Assembly (NCBI GenBank): GCA_031409655.1
Contig: JANNXQ010000287.1
Coordinates: 1-21,649, forward strand
DNA length: 21,649 nt
Direction: 5' to 3'
Origin: Chthoniobacteraceae bacterium
Lineage (GTDB): Bacteria > Verrucomicrobiota > Verrucomicrobiia > Chthoniobacterales > Chthoniobacteraceae
Shown here: piece by piece, positions 7,155 to 14,351 of the stretch
How positions within the stretch are numbered: the stretch's first letter is position 1
How the letters are laid out: each line of letters starts with the position of its first letter
Notes under the pieces: model-generated
Database searches by the model: none
What the model was told of the DNA's origin: nothing
The model's input: the letters and a program-made list of their open reading frames with translations, nothing else
Position numbers and translations under genes: made by a program

Positions 7155-9392
7155 TCAAAAGCGGTAGTCGAGGCTGACGAGGTCGAGGAGGGATTGCAGG
7201 ACGAGTCTTCCCCACGGGCGGGTGCCGGCGAAGATGCGGGCGCGGCCGGTCATGCCCTGGCGCAGGATGCCGTCGGGATTCTTTACTTCGATCTCGGCGG
7301 TGAAGACGCGTTCGAGCGGGACTTCCTTTCCGTGGGCGTCGTAGCCGGTGGGCACGTCGCCGGCGCGGCGGGCGGAAAAGGCGGCGGGCATGTCCTGGCC
7401 AACGAACATCAGCGGTTTGCTCGCGATCGTGCCTTCAAAGGTGCGCCCGGGATAGGCGTCGGCCTTGAGTCGCACGCGCTGCCCTTGCTCGACGTAGCGG
7501 ACCTGCTTTTCGTTGAGCGCGATTTTGATCCGCATCGGGTCCACGTTGACGATGTCGCAGAAAAGTTCGCCGGGTTTCAGCAGGCGACCCTGGAGATTCC
7601 CAGGATGCTTGGTGAGGACGGTGGTGTCGTGGGTGAGCACGGATCCGTTTTGTTTCGCGCGCAGGGTGAGCGCCTCGACGCTCCGCTGGCTTTCGGCAAA
7701 GCGGGCGCGCAGGCCGGCCACATTGTTTTCCCACTGCTTCTGCTCGGCCGGCAGGCCGAGGCCGAGGGCGCGCTGGAGTTGAGCTTCGGCGCCGCGGAGA
7801 CGTTGTTCGTCGGCGTAAAGATTCTGCTGCCGCTCGCGATTGGCGAGACGGGCGAGGGGCTGGCCGGAGCGCACCTGGTCACCTTCTTGCACCAGCACCT
7901 CGGCGATGAAGCCTTCCACTTCGGGCCGCACTTCCTCGGGTTCCGCGAGCTGCACGGCGCCGACGCGGGTGATCTTTAACTCGACGGGCACGAAGCACAT
8001 GACCCCGAAGATGCCGAAGGCGATGGCGCCGAAGAGCGAGAGCCGGCGGAGGCGTCCGCCACTTTTCCAGTCTGCGAGGGTGAGTTGCATGGTTTTGAAA
8101 AAGCCGATCAAGGGCATCGCGATCCAGGAGATCAAGGCCAGCGCGGTGAACCAGGTGGCCAGACCTTCGAGGCCGATGGGCTCGAGATGCGGCTTCATGA
8201 AGACGGCGAGGCTGTAGATGACGTAGTAGCCGTAGACCCACGAGAGCACGGCGTAGGTGTAGAAGAGCCAGAAGCGTTTTTTCGGCAGCGGCATCCTTGC
8301 GAGGGCCTGGTTGTTGCTCGAGCCGAAGAGGAGTTTCGTGAGCTGATGCTGGATGAGGGCGCGCGATTTCGCCTGGAGATTCGGCACCTCGATCGCGTCG
8401 GTCATGATGTAGTAGCCGTCGAAACGCATCAGCGGATTTGCGTTGAAGATGATCGTCGAGACCGAGGCGATGACCATCACGTTGAAGAGGAAATCCTGAA
8501 AAGGTCCCGGCTGCACGATGGCCCAGAGGAACGTGGCGAGCGCGGCGATCACGAGCTCCACGTAGATCCCGGCCGCGGAGACGAGGATGCGATGGACGCG
8601 GTTGGGCATCGTCCACGAGTCCGTCACATTCACGAAGAAGTAAGGCGTGAAGACCATGGACATCGCGCCGACTTCGTGGACCTCGCCGCCGTAGTGTTTG
8701 CAGGTCAGCCCGTGGCCGAGTTCGTGGACGGATTTGATGAGGATGGTCGTCACCCACATCAGGGCGATATTTTTGAAGGAGAAAAAGTTCTCCATCGTCG
8801 GCTGGATGCGCTCGACGTTCAGATAGAAGACGAGGATCGCGGCGAGGCAGAGGCCGATGGAGATCCACAGCGAAGTCCGCGTCCACATCCACCAGATCGG
8901 CTTCGCCATGCGGCCGAAGAGACGATCGGGATCGAAGAGCGAGAAGCGGAAGAAGAAGACCTGGTTGGCGAGATTGTAGAGGCCCTTCTTTTGAGACTTC
9001 TGGTTCTTCTTGGCGTCGAGGCGGGCTTTGAGCCGCATGCCCTGCACGCTCAGGAATTGCATGAGGGCCAGATCATTCGCGAAGCGCAGCACGCGCTCCT
9101 GAAGCTCCTCGATGGTGTAGTCGAGCCGCACGTGCGGATAGCGTTGCACGTAGGCCTCGCGGATCTGGCCGAAAGTGCGCGCGCCGTCGAAGAGCGTGGC
9201 GAGGTAGTAATCCTCGGCCGTCATCCGGAAATACTGGAGCGAGATGGGATCCTTGACGACGTAGTAGGTGCGGCCTTCGAAGGTCGTCTGACTGATGATC
9301 AGATCCCTCCGCAAGGGCGGCATCACCACATTTTCCTGCGCGGGGGGCGTCGGGGGCGCGAGCGGCTCGGGGTGGGTGACGGCGGCGCTCAT
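7155..9392 (-). CDS. PqqD/RRE-like domain + M50 (site-2) intramembrane zinc metalloprotease + HlyD-like membrane fusion domain
   Basis: 745 aa. HELGH zinc motif at 8712-8726 and NANPLMRFDGYY (third-ligand NPxxxxDG), among multiple hydrophobic segments. The N-terminus has 'YYVVKDP..QYFRM..YYLATLFDGARTFGQI' (PqqD-like). The C-terminus has a lipoyl-like 'EGFIAEVLVQEGDQVRSGQPLARL', a coiled hairpin and 'LRQGMTGRARI'. Confidence 0.88.
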   Translation of the reverse strand: MSAAVTHPEPLAPPTPPAQENVVMPPLRRDLIISQTTFEGRTYYVVKDPISLQYFRMTAEDYYLATLFDGARTFGQIREAYVQRYPHVRLDYTIEELQERVLRFANDLALMQFLSVQGMRLKARLDAKKNQKSQKKGLYNLANQVFFFRFSLFDPDRLFGRMAKPIWWMWTRTSLWISIGLCLAAILVFYLNVERIQPTMENFFSFKNIALMWVTTILIKSVHELGHGLTCKHYGGEVHEVGAMSMVFTPYFFVNVTDSWTMPNRVHRILVSAAGIYVELVIAALATFLWAIVQPGPFQDFLFNVMVIASVSTIIFNANPLMRFDGYYIMTDAIEVPNLQAKSRALIQHQLTKLLFGSSNNQALARMPLPKKRFWLFYTYAVLSWVYGYYVIYSLAVFMKPHLEPIGLEGLATWFTALALISWIAMPLIGFFKTMQLTLADWKSGGRLRRLSLFGAIAFGIFGVMCFVPVELKITRVGAVQLAEPEEVRPEVEGFIAEVLVQEGDQVRSGQPLARLANRERQQNLYADEQRLRGAEAQLQRALGLGLPAEQKQWENNVAGLRARFAESQRSVEALTLRAKQNGSVLTHDTTVLTKHPGNLQGRLLKPGELFCDIVNVDPMRIKIALNEKQVRYVEQGQRVRLKADAYPGRTFEGTIASKPLMFVGQDMPAAFSARRAGDVPTGYDAHGKEVPLERVFTAEIEVKNPDGILRQGMTGRARIFAGTRPWGRLVLQSLLDLVSLDYRF

Positions 9393-9420
9393 GTTCGACG
9401 TTCGAGGTTCATCCGAAGCC

Positions 9421-10158
9421 CTACTTCGGCGCGTTTCCCGTCCCGAAATCCGCGATCCCGCGCATCCCGGCCTTGATCTGGTGATCCGCGTTATCGATCA
9501 GCACTTTGACCCGGAAGAGGTTGGAGCCGGCATCAATGCGCGGGTCGATGAAGGAAATCTTGCCGGCGAATTCCGTCGCGCCGATGACCGGGATTTTCAC
9601 CTTCACGGGCTGGTCGAGTTTCAGCGCAGTCCAAAGCTTGGGATCGAGGTAAAACTGCACATAGACCTGATCGATGTTCACGATCTCGACGAGCTTCTCG
9701 GCGCGATCGACGGACTCGCCGTTCTCCTTGTGCTTCTTCACGACGATGCCGCTGAGGGGCGAGCGGATCGTTTTTTCCCGGAATGCAGCTTCCGCCAAGC
9801 GGTGCTGGATCCGGGTCAGGTCGAGTTGGGCGCGTTCTTCGAGCGCCTTCTCCTTGCTCCCCATTTTCTCGGCAAAAAGGGCCTCCGCGCCCTTGGATTT
9901 GAACTGCGCCAGTTCGATGATTTTTTCGGCCCGTTCGACATCCAGCATTTCCCGTTCGTCGCGGAGTTTCACGATGACCTGTCCTTCCTTCACAGTGTCG
10001 CCTTCATTCACGAGCACGGCCTCGACGACTTCCTGCAAGACGGGCGAGGCCACACTCACGGATTTGAACGGGACGACGAGCCCCTGGGTGTCCTCGGCGC
10101 GGATGAGCGATACCGTGAAAGATAGGGCGATCGGAAAAAGGAGGCGAGAGTGGATCAT
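9421..10158 (-). CDS. Periplasmic adaptor / membrane fusion protein (RND/HlyD-type), short, with a signal peptide
   Basis: 245 aa with signal-like N-terminus MIHSRLLFPIALSFTVSLIRA. Motifs 'VLVNEGDTVKEGQVIVKL', 'IRSPLSGIV', 'GKISFIDPRID...FRVKVLIDN...IKAGM' are characteristic of MFP lipoyl and beta-barrel parts. Confidence 0.9.
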   Translation of the reverse strand: MIHSRLLFPIALSFTVSLIRAEDTQGLVVPFKSVSVASPVLQEVVEAVLVNEGDTVKEGQVIVKLRDEREMLDVERAEKIIELAQFKSKGAEALFAEKMGSKEKALEERAQLDLTRIQHRLAEAAFREKTIRSPLSGIVVKKHKENGESVDRAEKLVEIVNIDQVYVQFYLDPKLWTALKLDQPVKVKIPVIGATEFAGKISFIDPRIDAGSNLFRVKVLIDNADHQIKAGMRGIADFGTGNAPK

Positions 10159-10230
10159 GGAGAAAAGATGCTCAGAGTCTGTGCTCAGACAGGCCGATGG
10201 GGTCCGGCGTTCGCCCGCGGCGCGCTGGGT

Positions 10231-12339
10231 TCATCGGATCCACTTGAGCCGTGCCCAAGCCCACACTCGGTTGGCCCAGATGAAGATGAGCGGGCGGCGA
10301 CCCATCTCGATGCTCGCGCGACCGGTCAGGCCTGGGCGCAGGGCGGGTTTGAGCTCTTCGCTCAACTGGAGGTCGCCGATCGAGACGACAAAAACATTCT
10401 CCGTTTCCCGCGGATGCGCGGCGGCGCTGAGCTGATCGTGGCTGGTGAGCTTCGTTTGCAGCTTCATCGCGCTCTGACTGTACAAGATGTAGCGCACGTT
10501 GATCGGCTGCGGGGTGCCGGTTTTCGGGACGAATTTCTCCAGGCGGCCGATGCGCTTTTCGGGGACGTCGATCTGGAGCACCCAGTCATCGAGAGCGGCG
10601 ACTTCGGCGAAGAGGGTGCCGGCTTGAATGAACTCGCCGGTGCGCAGATCGAGATCCTTGGTGAGCACCACGCCATCGATCGGCGAACGCAGAGTGGCAG
10701 CGGCGATGTCAAGCTGGATCTTTTTGCTGTTCTGCTCCGCGGCCCGCGCCTGGATGAGGGCGACTTGCGCGCCAGCTTCATCCGGTTGCGGACCACCGCG
10801 ATAGCGTTCTGCTTCGGCGACCAGACGCAGGCGCTCCTGTTCGTTTTGCGCCAGCTCGGTTTCGAGACGGCGGATGTCGAGTTGGGCGATTGGGTCGCCT
10901 TTTTTAACCCGCTGATTTTCGCGCGCGTGAACTTTGTCCACGCGGCCGGGCACTTCGGAGATCACGCCGCTGCGTACCACCGGGAGCACGGCGCAGTTGC
11001 CATCCACGCTGTCCATGCGTGGGTAAAAAAGGATCGCGCCGAGGATGGCGAGGATGACGAAGGTGCGGGTGAGGACGCGCTTGCGGTGCTGGCCAGTGAC
11101 CGCCACCCGAGCATTGCGCAGCCGCCGCGTGACGGCGAGGAAGGGCAGGGAGTGGTAGTCTTGCGCGGCCTGCAGCGAGCGTCCGGTGTGGATGGCGAGG
11201 AAGTCCGCGAGGCGGCTCGATTGGCTGGCCTCCTTGGCACCGGGCGCGCCATCGAAGAAAGCGTCCGCCGTGCTCTCCGCAAAATATGCGCCGACGAGCG
11301 CCTTCTCCTTATCGAGGATCGGCGCGATGGCGGCGCTGACGACATGGCTGAGCTCGAAGTAGGCGAGATCGATGGCGTCGGTGCGGGCGAGGGTGTGAAA
11401 TTTCTCCGGGGAATCCCCATTGGAGACGGCGACCGCGTTCCCGTTCTGAGCGGCTTCGGCGCGGGCGAGCAGTTCCTTTTTCGAGAGCACCACGCCTTCG
11501 GTGCGCGCGTGGGCGCCGACAAAGGCAGCCATCGCTTTCACCATGGAGCTCTTCTTTTCCACCACCTCCTGTCCCGAGATGGAGAGCACCTTCCATCGTC
11601 CGCCGTCGAGCGTGAGGATGGAGCAGCGCTCGCAGTTGAGGAGATCGCGCCCGTAGTTTGCGGCGAGCCGGGCGACCTCGAGTGGATCCAGCGAGCCCGC
11701 GAGGTCGCCGGTGAATTTCAGGACGTGCTGCAGGCGGTTGTTTTCCAGCACGAGATTGCCGAGGCGGCGCGACTGGAGGTGCTGCTCCACGTGACCCGCG
11801 AGCCCGCCGAGGAAGGTGGCGAACTCGTTGTAATTCTGCGGCGTGACGTAGGGTTGGAGCCACACTTGGAGGACGCCGAGCACCTGCTCTTTCAGGAAAA
11901 GCGGGACGTGCAGGAAAGGGTAGGGGGTCTTGTTGGGATTCGCCGGTTTTTCGCCACTTTGGAGTTGCGAGAGCTGGGCCTGCAGCGAGCTCGGGTCCGG
12001 CCGCCCCGCCGCCGAGCCCGGGAGCACGTGCGGCTGTTTGGTCTGCACCACCTCCGAGAGCATCCGCAGGACTACGGCGCGCATCTCCTCGTCGGATTGG
12101 AAAAGGGACGACTCAATTTCGACCTGGGCCGCGAGCTGGAATTCGCTCTTCCCATCCGCCGCCCGCTGCCCCACCAGCCACACCGCGCCGCCCTTGCCGT
12201 CGCAGGCCTGCACTGCCCGGACTAGGAATTGCCCGAAGTATTCCTCGCTCCGCAAATCTTTCCGGCTCAGGGCCGCAATCTCTTCCACCAGTCGCTGAAT
12301 TCGGGCACGCGCAGCGTCGATCGTTTGTTCCTGAGACAT
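10231..12339 (-). CDS. GAF-like domain(s) + single TM + HlyD-like membrane fusion protein
   Basis: 702 aa. The N-terminal region has GAF-like patterns ('DGKGGAVWLV', 'LHVPLFLKEQVLGVLQVW', 'LLNCERCSIL'). TM segment TFVILAILGAILFY, then MFP motifs 'PGRVDKVHARENQRVKKGDPIAQLD', 'LRSPIDGVVLT' and 'LRPGLTGRASI'. Confidence 0.85.
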   Translation of the reverse strand: MSQEQTIDAARARIQRLVEEIAALSRKDLRSEEYFGQFLVRAVQACDGKGGAVWLVGQRAADGKSEFQLAAQVEIESSLFQSDEEMRAVVLRMLSEVVQTKQPHVLPGSAAGRPDPSSLQAQLSQLQSGEKPANPNKTPYPFLHVPLFLKEQVLGVLQVWLQPYVTPQNYNEFATFLGGLAGHVEQHLQSRRLGNLVLENNRLQHVLKFTGDLAGSLDPLEVARLAANYGRDLLNCERCSILTLDGGRWKVLSISGQEVVEKKSSMVKAMAAFVGAHARTEGVVLSKKELLARAEAAQNGNAVAVSNGDSPEKFHTLARTDAIDLAYFELSHVVSAAIAPILDKEKALVGAYFAESTADAFFDGAPGAKEASQSSRLADFLAIHTGRSLQAAQDYHSLPFLAVTRRLRNARVAVTGQHRKRVLTRTFVILAILGAILFYPRMDSVDGNCAVLPVVRSGVISEVPGRVDKVHARENQRVKKGDPIAQLDIRRLETELAQNEQERLRLVAEAERYRGGPQPDEAGAQVALIQARAAEQNSKKIQLDIAAATLRSPIDGVVLTKDLDLRTGEFIQAGTLFAEVAALDDWVLQIDVPEKRIGRLEKFVPKTGTPQPINVRYILYSQSAMKLQTKLTSHDQLSAAAHPRETENVFVVSIGDLQLSEELKPALRPGLTGRASIEMGRRPLIFIWANRVWAWARLKWIR

Positions 12340-12351
12340 GAGTGGACGGGG

Positions 12352-12379
12352 AAAGTAGGGGGGTAGGGGTGAATTGCAA
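12352..12379 (-). promoter_or_regulatory. Putative sigma70 promoter of the adaptor/M50 operon (TTGCAA-N16-TACTTT)
   Basis: On the - strand, TTGCAA (12379-12374), a 16-nt spacer and TACTTT (12357-12352) lie 12 nt upstream of the ATG at 12339. No Shine-Dalgarno is present. Confidence 0.5.
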
Positions 12380-12412
12380 GCGAGGGGAGACCTTGAATCG
12401 GGCTGAGGGCAA

Positions 12413-12487
12413 CTCGTAATCGTAATCGTCCTCGTCCTCGTCCTCGATGCGTCAACGGTCGATTACGAGGACGAGGACGAGGACGAG
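12413..12487. repeat. Inverted array of hexamer tandem repeats ((C/A)TCGT(C/A))n ... ((G/T)ACGA(G/T))n
   Basis: Left arm ctcgta atcgta atcgtc ctcgtc ctcgtc ctcga (12413-12447), 11-nt spacer, right arm tcgat tacgag gacgag gacgag gacgag (12459-12487). The arms are near reverse complements. Confidence 0.85.
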
Positions 12488-12541
12488 CCGCCCCCGTCAT
12501 TCCTCTTCCTCGGCGCACCTGATCGCCAGCGGCAGGCGTAA

Positions 12542-12569
12542 TTGACTTCGATCCATCAACTCCTACCCT
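12542..12569 (+). promoter_or_regulatory. Putative sigma70 promoter of the polyprenyl synthase gene (TTGACT-N16-TACCCT), possibly giving a leaderless mRNA
   Basis: TTGACT at 12542-12547, 16-nt spacer, TACCCT at 12564-12569, then 7 nt to the GTG at 12577. Confidence 0.5.
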
Positions 12570-12576
12570 GCAACCG

Positions 12577-13596
12577 GTGAACTCAGCCACGAAGCGCAAA
12601 CCCAGTCCTGACAAAACGACCGCCCTCAAAGGCACTTTCGAGCTCATCAATTCCCAGCTCTACTCGGTAGAAGAGCGCATCCGGCAGCAGGCACGGGCTT
12701 TCGATCCGGCGGTGGAGGGGTATGTGGCATATGCCATCGAGTCTCACGGAAAGCGGTTGCGGCCAGCGCTGGCTTTGCTGGCCGGAGGAGCGACCGGGAA
12801 TATCGGCCCCAGCCATCTGGATCTCGCGGTGATCCTCGAATTGATCCATGCCGCCACATTGGTCCACGACGACATCCTCGATGGCGCGGACAAGCGGCGC
12901 GGGCAACCCACGGCGAATGCGAAGTGGGGCAACGCGATCTCGGTGCTGCTCGGCGATTGCCTCTTTGCCCATGCGCTGAAGCTCTCGACCAGCTTTCCGA
13001 ACGGGGAGATCAGCCGGCGCATCGCGCACGCGGCTGCGGAGGTGTGCAGCGGCGAGATCATCCAGACGCAGCGGCGCTTCGACCTGAAGCTGAGCGTGCC
13101 GGATTATTACAAAATCATCGAAATGAAGACGGCCGCGCTTTTCGCGGCGGCGACGGAACTCGGTGCGTTCATCAACGAGGCCCCGCCCGACGTGATCAGC
13201 GCTCTGCGCACCTTCGGACTCCGACTCGGCACGGCCTATCAAATTTACGACGATGTGCTGGACCTCGCCGGCGACGAATCCACGGTCGGGAAAACGCTCG
13301 GCAGCGACCTGCGCAAGGGGAAGCTCACGCTGCCCGTCCTTTACTTGCTCCAAAACGCGGACATTGCGGAGCGGCATCGGCTCAGCGAAATCATCCTGAA
13401 TGGTGACGAGGGTGATATTCGCGCGCTGGCGGAACGCGCGCTCGAAGCGGGTGCGGTGAAGAGCGCCGTCGCGACCGCACGCAAGATGTTGCGTGAGGCG
13501 CAGGTGCAACTCGCGATCGTGCCGGAAAACAAATATTGCGAATCGCTTGCCGGACTGGTGACGACGCTCGACGCGATGCTCGTTCAATTCGTGTAG
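12577..13596 (+). CDS. ispB: Trans-polyprenyl diphosphate synthase (octaprenyl/heptaprenyl-type, IspB-like)
   Basis: 339 aa with 'GKRLRP', FARM 'ELIHAATLVHDDILDGADKRRG', 'KTAALF' and SARM 'YQIYDDVLD...GKTLGSDLRKGKLTLP'. A small residue (Ala) five positions before the FARM is consistent with a long-chain product. Confidence 0.9.
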   Translation: MNSATKRKPSPDKTTALKGTFELINSQLYSVEERIRQQARAFDPAVEGYVAYAIESHGKRLRPALALLAGGATGNIGPSHLDLAVILELIHAATLVHDDILDGADKRRGQPTANAKWGNAISVLLGDCLFAHALKLSTSFPNGEISRRIAHAAAEVCSGEIIQTQRRFDLKLSVPDYYKIIEMKTAALFAAATELGAFINEAPPDVISALRTFGLRLGTAYQIYDDVLDLAGDESTVGKTLGSDLRKGKLTLPVLYLLQNADIAERHRLSEIILNGDEGDIRALAERALEAGAVKSAVATARKMLREAQVQLAIVPENKYCESLAGLVTTLDAMLVQFV

Positions 13597-13691
13597 GCTG
13601 CGCGGTTTTCTGTTTATCGGAGGCAGGTTGGGAAAAAGAAACCGTGATTTCCGGGACGGCTTGCGTATTTTTCGCAGGCAACACCTCAGCC

Positions 13692-14324
13692 ATGAAAAAA
13701 TCCGCCTTCACGCTTATCGAACTCCTCGTCGTCATTTCGATCATCGCCATCCTCGCGAGCATCGCGGTCCCGGTGTTTGGAAAAACCATGGAGAAGGCGA
13801 AGGCGACGAACTGCGCGGCAAACCTGCGGCAACTGGGCTTGGGCACGGTCGCCTACCTGAATGACAATGAAGACATGATGTTCACGCCAGGAGCAGCCGA
13901 GGGAGATGGGAGCACCTGGCCGCAGACGCTGCACTCGAAGTACGTGACGAATTGGAAAGTGTTCCGCAGCCCCTTCGACAAACGTCCTGATAGGGACGAT
14001 AACAGCGCGCCCGTGAGTTACGGATTTAACCAGAACGTCCTCGGTGTTCACACCTCGAAGTTTGAGTCGCCTTCGCAGCTCATCATGATCGCTCCGGCAA
14101 TTGAAGGCGGCAAAGAAATCCGCTTTTCCGGCTCGGCGTTGCAAAACGTCAGTGTCTCGCCCGGGACGGGCGCCGAGAGCGGCACCCATACGAATCGCAC
14201 GCAGATCAATGTGGCCTATGCTGACGCTCACACCGCGAGCATCAACGCGCGCGAGTTTGCCGAAGCCTCCGGCACCGAAGGATTGCGGCGCTGGTTTCCA
14301 GCGGGGGCCGCGGCCACCGAATAG
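13692..14324 (+). CDS. PVC-type prepilin N-terminal cleavage/methylation domain protein with an H-X9-DG-like C-terminal motif
   Basis: ATG at 13692 gives MKKSA|FTLIELLVVISIIAILASIAVP...AKATNCAANLRQLG. It also has 'SYGFN' and C-terminal 'HTNRTQINVAYADAH'. 210 aa. Confidence 0.88.
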   Translation: MKKSAFTLIELLVVISIIAILASIAVPVFGKTMEKAKATNCAANLRQLGLGTVAYLNDNEDMMFTPGAAEGDGSTWPQTLHSKYVTNWKVFRSPFDKRPDRDDNSAPVSYGFNQNVLGVHTSKFESPSQLIMIAPAIEGGKEIRFSGSALQNVSVSPGTGAESGTHTNRTQINVAYADAHTASINAREFAEASGTEGLRRWFPAGAAATE

Positions 14325-14351
14325 GGGCGCTTGCTCGCCCAGTTCAGCGGG

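Noticed and set aside
10169..10190. tgctcaga direct repeat and small gtctg/cagac hairpin between two MFP genes
   Set aside because: Too short to distinguish from chance, and no other copies were seen.
10150..12225. 691-aa + strand ORF antisense to the GAF-MFP gene (also 8085-9476, 7194-7979 and 9295-10125)
   Set aside because: These are shadow ORFs expected from GC-rich codon bias on the opposite strand. They have no recognisable motifs, whereas the - strand proteins have clear domains.
12343..12371. G-run cluster (gg..gggg..gggggg..gggg) as a possible G-quadruplex
   Set aside because: More simply explained as the complement of the C-rich promoter spacer and leader of the - strand operon. 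No independent support.
12413..12487. Possible CRISPR array or short repeat-encoded peptide (ORF 12267-12650)
   Set aside because: Units are 6 nt with no unique spacers and no cas genes. The RPRPRP translation is a by-product of the repeat.
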